A DNA stretch of 64,000 bases from Bispira polyomma. Lineage: Eukaryota. Shown piece by piece: positions 41,139-54,562 of this stretch (position 1 is the first letter of the stretch; each line of letters begins with the position of its first letter). Below the pieces are notes generated by a model. It had not been told where the DNA came from, did no database searches, and worked only from the letters and a program-made list of their open reading frames with translations. The translations under genes and the position numbers were made by a program. The DNA lies in contig OZ287748.1 of assembly GCA_965649765.1 (NCBI GenBank), positions 15,500,001-15,564,000 on the forward strand, written 5' to 3'.

Positions 41139-41556
41139 CAAATAGATACTGCAAATAAATATCTAAAACTATGCAATTTGCCAACTGTGAGATCAAATAT
41201 ATATTGTTCCAAACATTTGAAAGCATATTACAATACTTCTGTTGAGTCTAGTTTTTATGACATATATGCTTGTATTGAACGATATTAAAGAATTAAGTAT
41301 TAACTGAGGCAGCATGATTCAAACAATGCTTGCACTAAACCTTACCTGAATTATTGACAATTTACATGTACAATTATATATATATGTTTGTTCACAAAGA
41401 TGGATGCATTAATAAATACTATTGTGTAAAAATGTGTTGGCGCAGCAGTACCTTTCCGAATAACACTGAATAACACTAAACAAAGTTTAACCCACCACCT
41501 CCTCTCAATTTTAGCTTTATGCTTGAACTTTTCATACCTTGTTACTCGTGGTTGAA

Positions 41557-41825
41557 TTATTTTTTTTTTTTTTTTTTTTTATATTAGGATATTTAACGTC
41601 CACTCTAGTAGATTATATTGGGAAGGGTAGTTGAAAACGCTGGAGGAAACACTGCATACAGTTGATGAAGTTTCTGCACTGAAACCAGCGGCCCACAGTA
41701 AGGAACTACCACCTTTCCCACATAGGCATCGACGGGAGGCAAACTCATGCCAGTTGATCCCAGATGTGAGAGACCAGTGATTGTGAAGTGCAATACTTTC
41801 TGACCACTAGGCCACCGCAGCCCCC
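41557..41825 (-). mobile_element. Full-length tRNA-derived SINE
   Basis: Match to family with long poly-T tail; TSD not clear. Confidence 0.88.
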
Positions 41826-42779
41826 TACCAATAGTTGATAACTATTCAATTTACTGTTACGTTGCAGTTTTGTCAACAAATTTTAACAGTTATACCAGTG
41901 GGCTATTATGACCTCTTTTTGTAGTAAAAGTACATCAGAGCCTCTGACAGTGTCTCTTAGAATGTAATTGTAAGAATTAGTCATGATGAAAAACGTTACG
42001 AGTTGACCAATTGGCAACAAAAATTTCAAATTGAATATGGCTTTATGCCATAGTTACAAGCTGCATAGGCGGCTTCCATAACATTAATGCTTACATTTAA
42101 GCCTCATCACTGAAATATGTTTATCTTGGTCTAACAGAAGTCACTTGTGTAATCATCCAGCCCGTCACATACGTTAATATGGACTGTTTGCTTTACAAGG
42201 GTTGATATTAAAGTTAAATAGACACTATTACTTCCATGTTTTCATGCTAGTCCTTTATGATTACTTGGTTGGTTTTACCTGTAACTTTTACTTTTGTTAA
42301 TCTATATATCTGGGCTAGCCTCTGTGTTTTCACACTTTGGTATGTTGGTGTTTAAAATCTTTAAATATCCCAACATTTTTATCATTTTACTCTATACCTG
42401 TACACACATATAAATATATACTAACTTCAAGCATTCCTTTACTGTTTTACAACTTATATGGCTTATCTTACTTAATTATCATTTGGACTGTGAATAATTT
42501 TGATTTTTTTGTAATGATTTATACAGTATAAACCACCTGCCACCAACAAGTCTACTGCTAAGCTACCCACGCGTATGCTAGAACGCACAGCATGCCACTT
42601 CAGGGGACTGATAGTTCAGTCCACACACAACCCCTATTACACTTCACAACCTAAATTTCGGTTACACCATATCTATATGTTGCTATAGGACTTGTATACT
42701 AAGCTACTAGCCAATCATCGCCCACACACCTGTTGTTTAGGCTTCAATTTCTAAAACACCATTTTGAATCTTCATTCAA

Positions 42780-44800
42780 GCTGTAGATTTCAAACGAAGC
42801 ACAAGTGAAAAATATTTTTATAAAACAAATGGACTGTAATATACTTGGTTTTTGTTGTTTTAATTTTATTTTATTTATTCGTTATGCTGTTACACATTTT
42901 GAAAGCATTAATGTGGTATGGACAAAGAAAACTCCAACACAAAGCACGGCTAAAAAGTCCACAAAGAAACCGTTCACCACGAAAAAGACAAAGGCTAATT
43001 AACTGTGGTAGCGGACTTCTCTAGCAGTAACAATTCACCTCATCGACTACACAGCAATGCGTCGCCTATTATTGCAACTCAGGGGCCCCTACTTAGGCCG
43101 AGTTTGGACCCAGCTGACAACCAAAATTCCACTCAATTGCTTGCCATCCTTATGAGGTTAGAATCATCCAACGCCGACTTAGATGATCGATTAAAGAAGT
43201 TCGAACAACAGGCAGCGACTAACACGCCCACTCCTCCCGTCCTCAGGGCTGGTCACGAGCAGACTATCAGACAGATTGCAGCCACAGCTGCATACACCTT
43301 GGGATGTGTTCCTCCGCATAACCAAGCCACTACAGGCCTTTATGGACGGGTTACCTCCACGTTTTAACCACAGACGGGGTACCTTCCTCACTTAGCAGCT
43401 CCGGGTAATGGGATCATGCCAAATCTTAATGCTCTGAAATCACTTCCACACGTCTAGGCAGAAGTTACCAGACAGTTGGAGCAATACTCTGCCATTGCCC
43501 AACTTGATTTAGCCCAAAGTAAGGCATCTCTCAAATATAAATCAGGGTGCTTCAATAATACGGACGTTACCTCCATTAGTCCAAGGTTAAGAAGGCCTAA
43601 TAAAGACTGGGTAGGGGTTCCTCTAAAAAGAAACCGATGTTTGATGAACTCTCCATTCCTCAGTGGGCTGCAGGGCAGCTCGCGAATGTGCTGTTAGTAC
43701 CCAATCCAGCGGAAAGAGTTTTGAGAGAAGTATTGGGTGCCCTGACAACCAATTCTAAAGGGGATGTACAAAGAGAACTCCATTAACAACGCACAAAAGC
43801 TATCATCATACAACAATTGACAGTTAAATCAGATGGGACTGTGATGTGTGCCCATCAGAGGTTGAGCTTGTACCATTCAAGAAAGATAGATATCATCGGT
43901 GTCCATCTAAAGCATGCACTTGCAAATAATAAAGTTGGTTCCTAGAAGTATAATGACCTATAACAGTTAACTAATCGATTCAGAAACTAGACGCAGAATG
44001 GCAGCAGTAGGGAAGCAGAAGTGTATGCTAACTTACCCTCAGGAAGGTGCAGTGGTACAGGCTGTAGAGCATTGGGTCACAATAAAAGGTTGGTGAAGTA
44101 CATCAGTATCCAAACAACTATAGATGGCTATCCTATACACATACTTTCTAAGAATCTATATATATCTAACAGAAGGGAGTGACAAAGTGTATCAAAGTGT
44201 TTTGCTTTACACAATATATACTGTATATTCACAGCCTCAGCAGAGATATTCGTTGTGTGCCAACAACCATCTTATCATATGAGATGACAGGCTCATAGTA
44301 TCGTTAAGATTCAAGGTTCCTTGACCCAGTAAGTAACATGAGGCAGGTGAAACATTTGATAAATTAGTATTATTATCAAACATATTGTACATTTGAAACA
44401 AGTAAGTCAAGTTATGCTGATAATGATTATCACTATACTGTTATCAATGTAACTAACACTTGGCATATTATATAATACAACTGGTACAACTGACCTCGAA
44501 CAAGGGAAGTATTTGACAATGTAAATACAACGTCACCTTAAACAAGCCCTTTACAGCAAAGCTTAACGACATTATCAACATCCATCCTCTATCAAAAAGC
44601 TTAAACTTGTGCTCCCATGTACAAGAATCAAATATTAATACCACCAACCTTTTAGCACTCTTCCTGTTTCTTAGAATTTCATATATAGTACCACACATAT
44701 CCCCACAATACTGTCTGCACGCTACCAAACTACTGCCTCCTAATTGAGGCTTGGGATTCAATTTACATTTTTACACTATCTACCAACTAATACTATTTTA
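42780..44800 (+). mobile_element. Heavily decayed Ngaro-like YR retrotransposon relic
   Basis: Gag coiled coil LLAILMRLESSNADLDDRLKKFEQ; LAQSK...KYKSG..N...RRPN motif (43500..43600); YR-end-like IVPHI....Y...gcttggga about 44690..44757. Confidence 0.6.
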
Positions 44801-46099
44801 TAGTTTTTATACAGACATATATCTTTTCTCATGTTAGGGCCCCCTTATATTTTATTAACCTAAAGTTTAGGTGACCTTTTATGTTAAAGTTTATACTTAC
44901 ACCATCAGACAAAATTCTACGATGAACTTAAGTTGACCTGAATTTATAGAAAATAATTAATCATATATGAATTGAAGTTGACCTTAAACTAACTCTATTT
45001 ATTTAACTTAACTTACCCTACACTCATGGTCTGTATATATACTCCAGAATGTAGAATAAAATACAGTAACCCCCAGGTCACATAGCCTTATAGGGAGAGG
45101 CACTGATATCCCGTTCAGTGGTGGAGGGCAATAGACGTTCTGATAATTGCCTTGTAATGTGGACAAGCCTATCTATAACATCCTTTAAGGCTTTAGTAAC
45201 GTAGACACACAAATGCGCAGTCCGAAAATTCCACTGCACTTACGAAAATATTTTAACCATAAGTAGCCACTATGGCACACTTCAAATAGGTATTTAGTGA
45301 CAGTTTTAACCATTTTTAATTTGAAATCTACACAGAACGTCATATATGTAAACAAATCTCAGAGAAAGCCCTTTCTATTGTGACATAATACCAGTATTGA
45401 TCTAACCTGTATTCACAGATGATATAGGCTACACAACTTTAGAAAACGTGTATATTATTTTGTATGATACATTTTTTAAACATATTACCATGCTTTATGA
45501 AAACGCGAATATAATTTAATGTTGAATTTGCAATACATGAACTTTGAGTATTTCTGAAAATTAATAGTCTATCAGCCGGAACACTGACCATTACCCAACG
45601 GAAGGACAATTGCTACCTGTATTTTTAAGCCAGATATGTACTGATTTGGAAAATGCATGATAGCATTGTTTGTGTGGCAGCTTTTTTGTGAAAAAAAAAC
45701 CCCATGAAATTGTACATGTACCCCAGTGCAGGTATTTCGCCATTTCATGGATGACTTTTTATCTAGGGTTTTACACATAAGATAAATTTAATGCGTCATA
45801 ACTATTTGTGTTTTGAAAATCATGCAAACCATTGGAAAACCCATGTAATTATCTTTCAGTTATGTGTAATACCTCTACTTATACATCATCTCATTCTTTA
45901 TACTTAACAACATACTTCTCAACTTGAGGAACCTAGGGGATAAAATAAGTACAAATTGTCTTAATAATAAATATAACATAATTCTCCAACTAGCTCAGAT
46001 AATGATAATAATCGCTGAATGTAGAATTATTAATCATTAAAATGCAAACTGTATCAGCAACCTAAAGTTGTGCATAAATCATGTTGCATTCATAATTGT

Positions 46100-46990
46100 A
46101 TTATGGATTTTTAACGCACCTTATTGATACAAGGCATCTCCAAAAGCTCAACAACAGAGTCAGTAAACCAATAGAGAAAAACATAGCCAAGGTTGTAAGG
46201 AAGGATATTAGGGTGCACAGGGAGAGAGCTATGGGGGGGGGGGGGAGGGGGGGTAGGCAAGTTTAAAGAGATGGGTTTTAAGCTTATTTTCTAAAACCAG
46301 AAAGTGTTTTAAGTGATCTTAGATCAACTGGGAGACCATTCCATAACATAGGGGCAGCAGTAGAGAAAGGTCTTGATCCAGCCTTCCTGGTGGATATTAC
46401 AGAGGAAATAGGAAACCTCTTTTCCCTCTTGAGGTTGCTGAAGGAAAGGGGAACAGCAAGTTATAACGACTGTCGAGAAATAACGGCTTTGAAAGTGATC
46501 ACATGGGCTTTAAACAAAATTTGATAGTAGCCAATGAAATTGTTTTAGGTATAGAGATACAGCAGTACGGATACCAAGGGAATTAGCCACAGTAATGGCA
46601 GTACCCCGTGATAAATGATTTGTGATTTTTTTCATGTCACAAATGTGACAGTAACAGGAGCAACAAATGTTGCTGATGTGTGTATCAAATGAGAAAGTGG
46701 AGTCAATGGTGACACCAAGGTTCACGTTACATTAGCGGAGAGCTGAATATTATTGCTCAAAAGTAAGATTGTAATGGGGAATAACAACCTTGCGTACTCG
46801 CTGTGTTTCTTATTACCAATGAGAATAAATTCAGTTTTGTCGGGATTTAATTACAATTAATTACTTAATTTATCCAAGCCTGTACTGAGGAGAGACAGTC
46901 ACAAAGTAGACCGATATTGTTATGGTCATTATGAAGGTTGAGTGAAAGATAGACTTGAGTATCATCAGCATACCGATGGTGTTTAACATT
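46100..46990 (-). mobile_element. L2/CR1-clade LINE 3' fragment
   Basis: YADDTQVYLS, NPDKTEFILIG, NLGVTIDS.FSFD.HI..IC.SCY.HI, WNGLP.DLR; shared tail at 46100..46160. Confidence 0.88.
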
Positions 46991-47329
46991 ATCATTATGA
47001 TGCATTTTTTTCAATCGTAAAGTCCATGGCCATAGGAAGGTAGTAAAAGTAGGAGGGTGTTAACACCAGACTGGGTGTTAACCCATCCCATAGCTTCCGG
47101 CGGCAAGGAGCACAAATCCCTTTCACCCTTTACATGATGAAGGTTGCCATAGCCACATTGTGACTATTGATGACTGTACTAAGGGGTGTGTGTAAAGTGT
47201 AAAAAGTAGACAGTGCTTTGCACCTGCTTAAGAATTTTGTCTTATTTGTTCTTGGTAAGTTTAATTTGACCTTGTAATGATACCAGCAGTTGGGATATAT
47301 ATAAGTTTATTCTACTTTCTAAACTATGT

Positions 47330-47578
47330 GTAATTTAATTTAATTTGGATATTTAATGTCCACTCCAGTACCTGTTTAGGTTATATTGGGACGGGTAGTT
47401 GGAAACACTGGAGGAAACACTGCATACAGTTGATCAAGGCTCTGTACTGAAACCAGCGACCCACAGTAAGGAACTACCACCTTTCCCACATAGGCAACAA
47501 TGGGATTCGAACTCACGCCGCCCAGAGGTGAGAGACCAGTGATTGTGAAGCGCAATGCTTGCTAACCACTAACCACCC
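47330..47578 (-). mobile_element. Near full-length tRNA-derived SINE
   Basis: Match to family; TSD ttctaaactatgt (47317..47329 / 47579..47591). Confidence 0.92.
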
Positions 47579-47859
47579 TTCTAAACTATGTACAGATTGT
47601 ATAAATTTATATTTAATAAACAGTAAGGTCACCTTAGGAATTTGCGTTCACCATAACTTGAGTTTAAGTTTACTAAAACTGATATTAAGTTTACTTTACT
47701 TTATTTACAAGTCTTTACTTAGACTGAGTTAAAGTTAATGTTATGAGTTTAAGTTACATAAACTTTAAGGTGAACATAACTTTTTGAGGTTAGCCTACCA
47801 ATTTGGACTTTAAGGTGATCTTAAGATTAGAATATGTATTTACAATATGAATGTAAAAA

Positions 47860-50090
47860 TGTAAATAAGTTAATGAAAAAGAGCACCAAGGCCCAACTAG
47901 GAGGTACGATGAGGATAAAGCTTAGCTTGGAAGGCTCTAGCCACTTCGTCTGAGGCTGAGTCATTTTGTGTTATTTCCAGACACAGACTGATGACCATTT
48001 TCCTTGACTTTGAATATCCTGAATAGGCACATGCCAATTAATGGCCAAAGTGGCTCCAGATCTTCGAAAGAATGAAAATGTAATTTTTGAATCTTTTAAA
48101 CTTAGCCTTGTCAGCATTGTTTGGAGGTTTCTTCTTAGTTTACTATCTGTAAGTGGCAGCCAGATACTGTCAACTTTTATGTTAAATAAGGGATATTTTT
48201 TGAACCCGGGGTGATAGCTAGAAGTACTTGCAAAGCCTTCACTGGACATATATGTGAATTTGTTAGCTTAGGAAGTTTTATAACCTTAATGTGATCTCTA
48301 CTTTGAAGAGTCTTAGTCTACTTAATTATTAAGTGAGCACCTGGTGGGGCGAACATTATATCTGCCCTAGCCAGCTGATGTAGTGGAGAAAATGAAGTGT
48401 ATGAGAGAGGAACCAAGTTTAATATTCTGAAAAAATGAAAAGAAGGGTAGCAAGTAAGCTGCTTTGTACACTTGGCCCATATACATAGAATCACAAGTCA
48501 GTGCAATTTTTTGAAGTAATTCTATGTTAATAATAGGATTAATTCTGACTTTGAAAGGCTTGTGTAAAACTAAGGCTTTTTGAAAATATTTGACTCTATG
48601 GTCACTAAACGCTGAGGTATCTAGCCCAAACAGGGCCATATTTGCTTTTGTAGCTGATAAGTAGTTAGCTACTGAGGTATGTGTTACCTTATTAACCACT
48701 GGGCATTCTAAAAATGACAGTAAGATGGGAGTTGAGATCACAATAATTGATAAGTTTGCAAAGCAACAGTAAGCTAGGAAAACTCGAAACATTGACGCAA
48801 GATTTTTGTGTAGAAGGTCGAAACGTCTGGTGAGATTTGTGTGCTGCTTTGGCTGCAATTTTTCCAACCCAGCCATGCAGACCTGAAACAATATTTTGAC
48901 TTAAATTGACCAATTAAGCTCTAGCATTTCATCACCGACTTGCAGCCATTCAGGCTGAGCGATTAATTTGTGTAATTTTTCATAGTTGTTATCAGTTATT
49001 TGCCATCTTGATTATAAGTCAGCTGTGCAGTTATTTTTCCTTAGAATGTGTACAGTTTTTAAGTCAATATCTGCTTTGGCCATTTCCATGAATATGTTTC
49101 GTGCTATGGCTGCTAACGAAAGGTCACAGGTTTTGCCTGAATTTAGTATCGAAACCACAGCTTGGTTGTCGCACAAAGCCAAGACCTATTTGCCTGACCA
49201 TTTTTTCCCATACTCTGATGGTTACCAGAATATTTATCATTTCGAAATGCACTATTGTGAAAATTTTTATAGCCTTGGGGAACTGACTTGCTGTAAACTT
49301 CATTGCCATATCTGGCCCCAAGTCTTGTAAGCAGGCATGTAGTTCCATTTGCTCTTTTATTGGAGCATGATTGAAAAATGCTATGCCATTAAATGCAGGC
49401 AAAAATATTTTGAACCAACTGAGATCTTGCAAAAATTCTGTATTCAGTTTTATATTGGCTGAATTTTTAGCCGAACGGAGTGTGTCAAGCACGCAATTTA
49501 AGAAGGCTCTTGATGACTTAACACCTTTAGAAACATAAAGCAGTGACCCTAGCATAGATTGAAGTTGCCATTTCGAACTTTTTATTACTCCAGGCACTAC
49601 ATATGTCTTTTATTTCCTGTAATTTTTTTGTCTGGTATGGAAACAGTAAAACTTTCAGTGTCAATTAAGACACCTAAGCAAATGACCTTCGTACTGGGTT
49701 CCAATATTTTCTTCTGACTGAAAGTGAAACCTAATTTTTGAATGTTTTTCAATGCTTCAAACGACTCATGAATTGTCAAAACCTATGGCCTCATCAATTA
49801 CATCGATGACATCATATCCGTGTGACGTCATGACGTATCTGATTGCGTCACTTAATCGTTGAAAATCGCACTTCCAAAGGGCAAACATGTATCAATATAT
49901 ATATCGTCCAACTTAAGTCCTAATAATTCATAATCAGCCGGATCTATTTTTATATGTCTGAATGCCTGACTTATATCTAGCTTGTAAAGTAGGGCCCCTT
50001 TACCTAGTTTGATTATATTTTTGGTATTATCATCGACTGTAGGCAAGGTTAAGATAAAAGGAGTGCCTAAGTAAGCTTCTTTTGAAATTT
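47860..50090 (-). mobile_element. Older Ngaro-like YR retrotransposon, 3' part (RT, RNase H, YR)
   Basis: LYKLDISQAFRHI..DP.DY.LLG...Y.D.CLPFG; LQS.LG.LLY...F; VHFEMIN.LV..RVW; YR FRPST, APPGAH, FRRSGATLA...IQ.QG.W.S..VWK; frameshifted. Confidence 0.9.
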
Positions 50091-50360
50091 TGTAGGTGTT
50101 GTTAAGTCAACACAGCTCAGTTGAAACAAAAACTTAGTTTCGCTAGCCTAGAATTTGTATAAGAATTAAATAACTTTGGCCTTAGTACAGTTTTGTCACA
50201 AGACTGTCAAAACAAGTCTAAAATAGTTTCAAACAGCTCAGCCTGTCTACAGCTCAGCCATGTGGTGGGAATGTGGGTCTAGAATGTTGGGGTTCAAAAT
50301 TGCTAAACTGGAAACTAGTCAGTGTGAAGGTAGCAAGCAAAGGAGAAACATCTCTTTTTC
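50091..50360 (+). repeat. Split direct repeat A1
   Basis: About 8 substitutions and 1 indel versus 55789..56059 (counted by eye). Confidence 0.95.
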
Positions 50361-50523
50361 AACAAGGCGCGGCTTGTCGGGCTCACATTTAAGAGTTCTG
50401 TTTTGGGGATATCAAGCAAAAAAGCAGGGGGAAATTCTAATAGATTGCCTTAGTGCACTTGATATCCGGTAGGAACAAGCCAGGTTTTGTTGGGGGGAGA
50501 GAGAATCTATCTATAATTCCAGA

Positions 50524-51649
50524 ATGAAAAAGTTTTACTGTAAAACATGTGACTTGTTGGGAAGAGAACCGCAACACGTGCGTCCGGTGGGTCGTAATTG
50601 TGGGCTGTACAACTCTGCTCCGACGGGTGGTGTCGCAGAAGAACAGGATGAAGCAGGAAGTCTCAAGGGTGCTGTGGGAGGTGAGAGCCAACAGACGTCC
50701 AATTCCGGTGACCAGAACCAGGACAATGCTTTAGCTGTAATACTTGCCAAGATTACTGCGCTAGAAGACAACAACAGGAGACTGGAGGACAAGATGGACA
50801 GGCAGAATGAGCAATCTCTAAGTGTGGTCTCACACTGTTCCTCGAAACGAGGACACGCATGCTCTAAGCGATGCCATGTGTCAGTGAAAAAGGCCCGAGT
50901 TGAGTCATCTGATGAGGACGATGAAAGTGTGCTACCAGATCAGCAATTTCTGAGGAACAATGAGCAGATACAACGACAGGTCCAGCAGCAGATTCAACAA
51001 TTACAGGGAATGGACAGAGATTCAGGTATGAGTAAAATCAAGTCTGGTCTCATAAGAGTTAATGAGCAAAAAGTAAGGTACACGTGGCTTGGCCACATGA
51101 ATTCTGCTACACAGGCATGAGTGGAAAAAATCCTAAATATGAAGAATTGACACCATTTCAGTTTATGTTTGGGTACATCGGGTGTATGCAAGAAGAGAGT
51201 AGCAGAAAGGTTAAAGCAAATATGCTCGAATATTTAAAGTTACTAATGCAGGATGCAATGGAGACAAACTGGGGTACAGCTAAGAGAGCGCATAGTGTGG
51301 TTTTGCAAACTATTGAAAGGGGCAAATGCACCTGGGAAAATTTCGAAACAATTGACAGAATACGCATGAGAAATACTCAGCGTACATTGCAATCAAACGG
51401 GAATCAACAGTGGGGAAAATACATTGGGGGTGGGGTGGGGGGCAAAGTAAAAGGGAAATTGTTTGTATAAAATTTAATAACAACACGTGTAGCTCTCAAG
51501 CTGACCACACGGAAGGCAATCAAATTATGAAGCATGCTTGCTTATTCTGCTACAATACCACAAAGAGGTTTTTGGCTCACAAACAATGCGACTGTCATCG
51601 CATGGCAAAAAACGGGGAGAAAAAAGACAGTGTTCAGGCAAAGGTTTAG
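50524..51649 (+). pseudogene. gag: gag-like ORF1 of the YR element (two frameshifts)
   Basis: Pieces 50524..51120, 51084..51470, 51410..51649; N-terminal CxxC..H.RP.G..C finger, coiled coil, KIKSG, WPHE, C-terminal C..FN...C...H.C..C...H...C fingers. Confidence 0.85.
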
Positions 51650-54551
51650 TATATAGAAATAACAAAAATAAGGACAGATTTTGTAGTAGAAAATCTAATG
51701 TTTATGTAAAAAATTTCACTAAATTTGTGTCCAAGAAAAACAGAGTGCAGGGCGCTCTCCACACTTCTTGGAGTGAACATGTGTATAGTAATGTATGTGT
51801 GGAAAATAACAGTAACATTGAGCAATGTGTATATGATAGTGTAGAACGTGCAGATGAATGTTTCTCTACACGTGATTTATCATGTATATATGTATGTAAA
51901 GACCATATTGATCAGGACTTGCTAAAAGACTCAGTGCACAAAGAATTTAATTGTGGCAGGAATCATAGCAATATTGAGGCAGTATGGCAAAAAGAGGTTA
52001 AAGCGCGTGATAAAAGTGTGGAAACTAAACGAACCATATGTGGGGATTCAGTGCAGGCTGTATCACAGCTTAGCAGGGATATTACATATATGGGTGGGGT
52101 CAAGAACTGGAATGACTTTGATAGCTGGGTAGTTCTTGATACCTATAAGGACAGACAGCACTTGGACATCCAAAGCTTTACAAAAGACGTGTTGGGTTGT
52201 TATAAAATAAAATCAGCTGGAAGTGTGGAATGGCTACCTTCACACACAGCTTCATTTAAAACAAGCCAAACGGGTTTAAAATTCAATACTACATTTAGTA
52301 GTATTAATAGTTTTAATGAAACCATTTCTTTTAATGAGGGCATTGACTACGTACAAGGAAAACAGCAAGGTTTTAGGGAAGACGACAGACAGGTGCATAG
52401 AGAATATCAGTACGACTCGTGTATAAAGAAACACAACGGGTTCTTACAAATCCATGAGACTGATTCCAACCATTATGATTTGGTGCATGGGGGGTGCATT
52501 ATGGAACAAGGTTCCATGATGGCTGTTCATGATAGCAATACAGAATTACAGTTGGACATGAAACAAAAGGACAGTAAGGAAATACGTACTGATGGGTCAG
52601 AACAGACAATTAGGGATAACTCCCAAACTCGAGTTATAACAACTCCAAACGTTATAGACCTGTGACATCGTCGTCAAAATAACTGTTTTTATAAAGGCAC
52701 TATGAAGTGCTCCAACAGACAAGTTGGTTTTATGTCGGTTCCTATATACAGGCACATTGACAATAAATACAGGCAGGACATTAAGGAAGGTTCTTTGCAG
52801 AAATGGGTGGCTAAAGCGCATAAACTGGTTAGACAGAGTGGTAAGCCTAATTACATGTGTCAAAGAATTCCTGTACCTTCTGATCTATGTATTGACAATT
52901 TAAAAACTATTCTTAAAAACCATGAAGATTCAGTACTCATGGAATATTTGAAATCTGGATTTCCTTTAAGTCTAAGGGAAAATTTTGTTCATAAGAATGA
53001 AGTAAAAAATCATTATTCGGCTACTCAATTCTCTGGGGATGTCAGTATATATATCAATAAAGAACTCAAGCATAAGGCCATAGTAGGGCCATGTGATAGT
53101 CAGATATTTGAAGCATTACATTATTCCCCTATGCTTTCAAGGCCAAAACCCAATGCATCTAGAAGAATAATCATAGATCTTAGTTGGCCACATGATGCAT
53201 CGGTAAACTCTGCATTGAGTGATGACGTGTATGACGGACAGACTTTTAATTTGAAGTACCCTACTATAGATCATATTGTAAATAAAATTTCAGAAATAGG
53301 CCCACAGGCAAGACTGTTTAAAATAGACATAAGTAGGGCGTTAAGAAATTTGCATCTGAATCCGGGTGACTATGACGTCATGGGTATCAAACATCAGAAT
53401 AACACTTACATTGATCTTAGTATTGCTTTTGGGTTAAAGACAGGAAGTGCGTTATGCCAGCTCGTAACAGATATATTGTGTGACGTCATGGCTGTGCATG
53501 ACGTTTGCGTGATGAACTATATCGACGACGTAATAGGTATAGTGATGTCACACAATGCGGACAAAGCATATGCAAAATTACAAGCACTTTTCAAATATCT
53601 GGGTCTTCCCATAAATCCTGACAAATTGGACCCTCCTTCTACTAAATTGATTTGTATGGGCATACAGGTAGACATTACAACGGGAATTATTTCAATTCCC
53701 CAGGACAAATTATTGGAAATTAAACAAGTATGTGCTGATTGGACAGGGAAAGTTAAGGCTTCTAAGCATGAAATGCAAAGTTTGCTTGGTAGACTGTTGT
53801 ACCTGCACAAATGTGTGCACCCGGCACGTTTATTTGTAAACCGTATGCTACAAACTTTGCGTAGTATAACGGGTCCAGGTAGAGTTCAACTTCCCCAGTC
53901 CTTTCTTAGGGATTTGCGGTGGTTTAATTCTTTCCTGCAAGACTACAATGGGAAAGTGGTCATCAATGCAGTCAAGGCCCAGGTGGAGGTTTTTGTAGAT
54001 GCGTCCTTAACGGGAATTGGGGCAAAATATCAAAACAATGTGTATGCAGCAGCACTGCCATTAGTCGTTAAAGAGGGGCTCAGCATTGTTCATTTTGAAA
54101 TTCTAAACGTTCTTGTGGCTTTAAGAATTTGGGCAAAGGAATGGAGTGGAAAAAAGTCAAGGTCTGGTGTGACAATCTGGCTGTAGTTAATGCATTAAGT
54201 TCTGGTAGAATGTGGGATAATTTCCTTATGGCATGTGCCAGATCCATTTGGGCTTTGGCTGCTAGAAATGACATATTGTTGGAATATAGTTATGTTTATG
54301 GTGTAAACAATAATAATAATAATAATGCATTTTTAACGCGCTTTATTGATTCCAGGCATCTTCTAAAGCGCAACAGCAGAATCAGTGATCCAATCGTAAA
54401 GTCCATGGGCATAGCAAACAATGGGCAGGCAGATGCTTTATCCAGATGGTTTTGAGGTAAACAATTGAATGAGGAAATAGTTCAAGAACTCAAATGTTGT
54501 CATTGGTGGCCAGTATTGGATAGTATGTTTTGGCCAGATTTCACAATCTAA
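51607..54551 (+). pseudogene. pol: pol (long N-terminal extension, RT, RNase H) of the YR element
   Basis: ORFs 51538..52665 and 52702..54186 are in one frame split by TGA at 52663; RR.IIDLS.P, K.DISRA.R.L, FGL..G, NYIDD; RNase H DAS..G.G, E..N, CDN, ADALSR; 1-bp loss at about 54150 and 111-bp insert at 54312. Confidence 0.9.
54312..54415 (-). mobile_element. 104-bp L2 3'-tail insertion inside RNase H
   Basis: Matches LINE tails at 8330, 46105 and 47010; (TTA)n tail; TSD aaacaat 54305..54311 / 54416..54422. Confidence 0.85.
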
Positions 54552-54562
54552 TTTAATTGTAG

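Noticed and set aside
50905-50930. Hammerhead ribozyme core (CTGATGA...GAAA)
   Set aside because: No stem II or flanking stems; the sequence simply encodes SSDEDDES in gag.
54455-54560. DIRS/PAT-type adenine methyltransferase after RNase H
   Set aside because: There is no room and no DLFA/NPP-type motif; this supports Ngaro-like rather than DIRS1/PAT-like classification.
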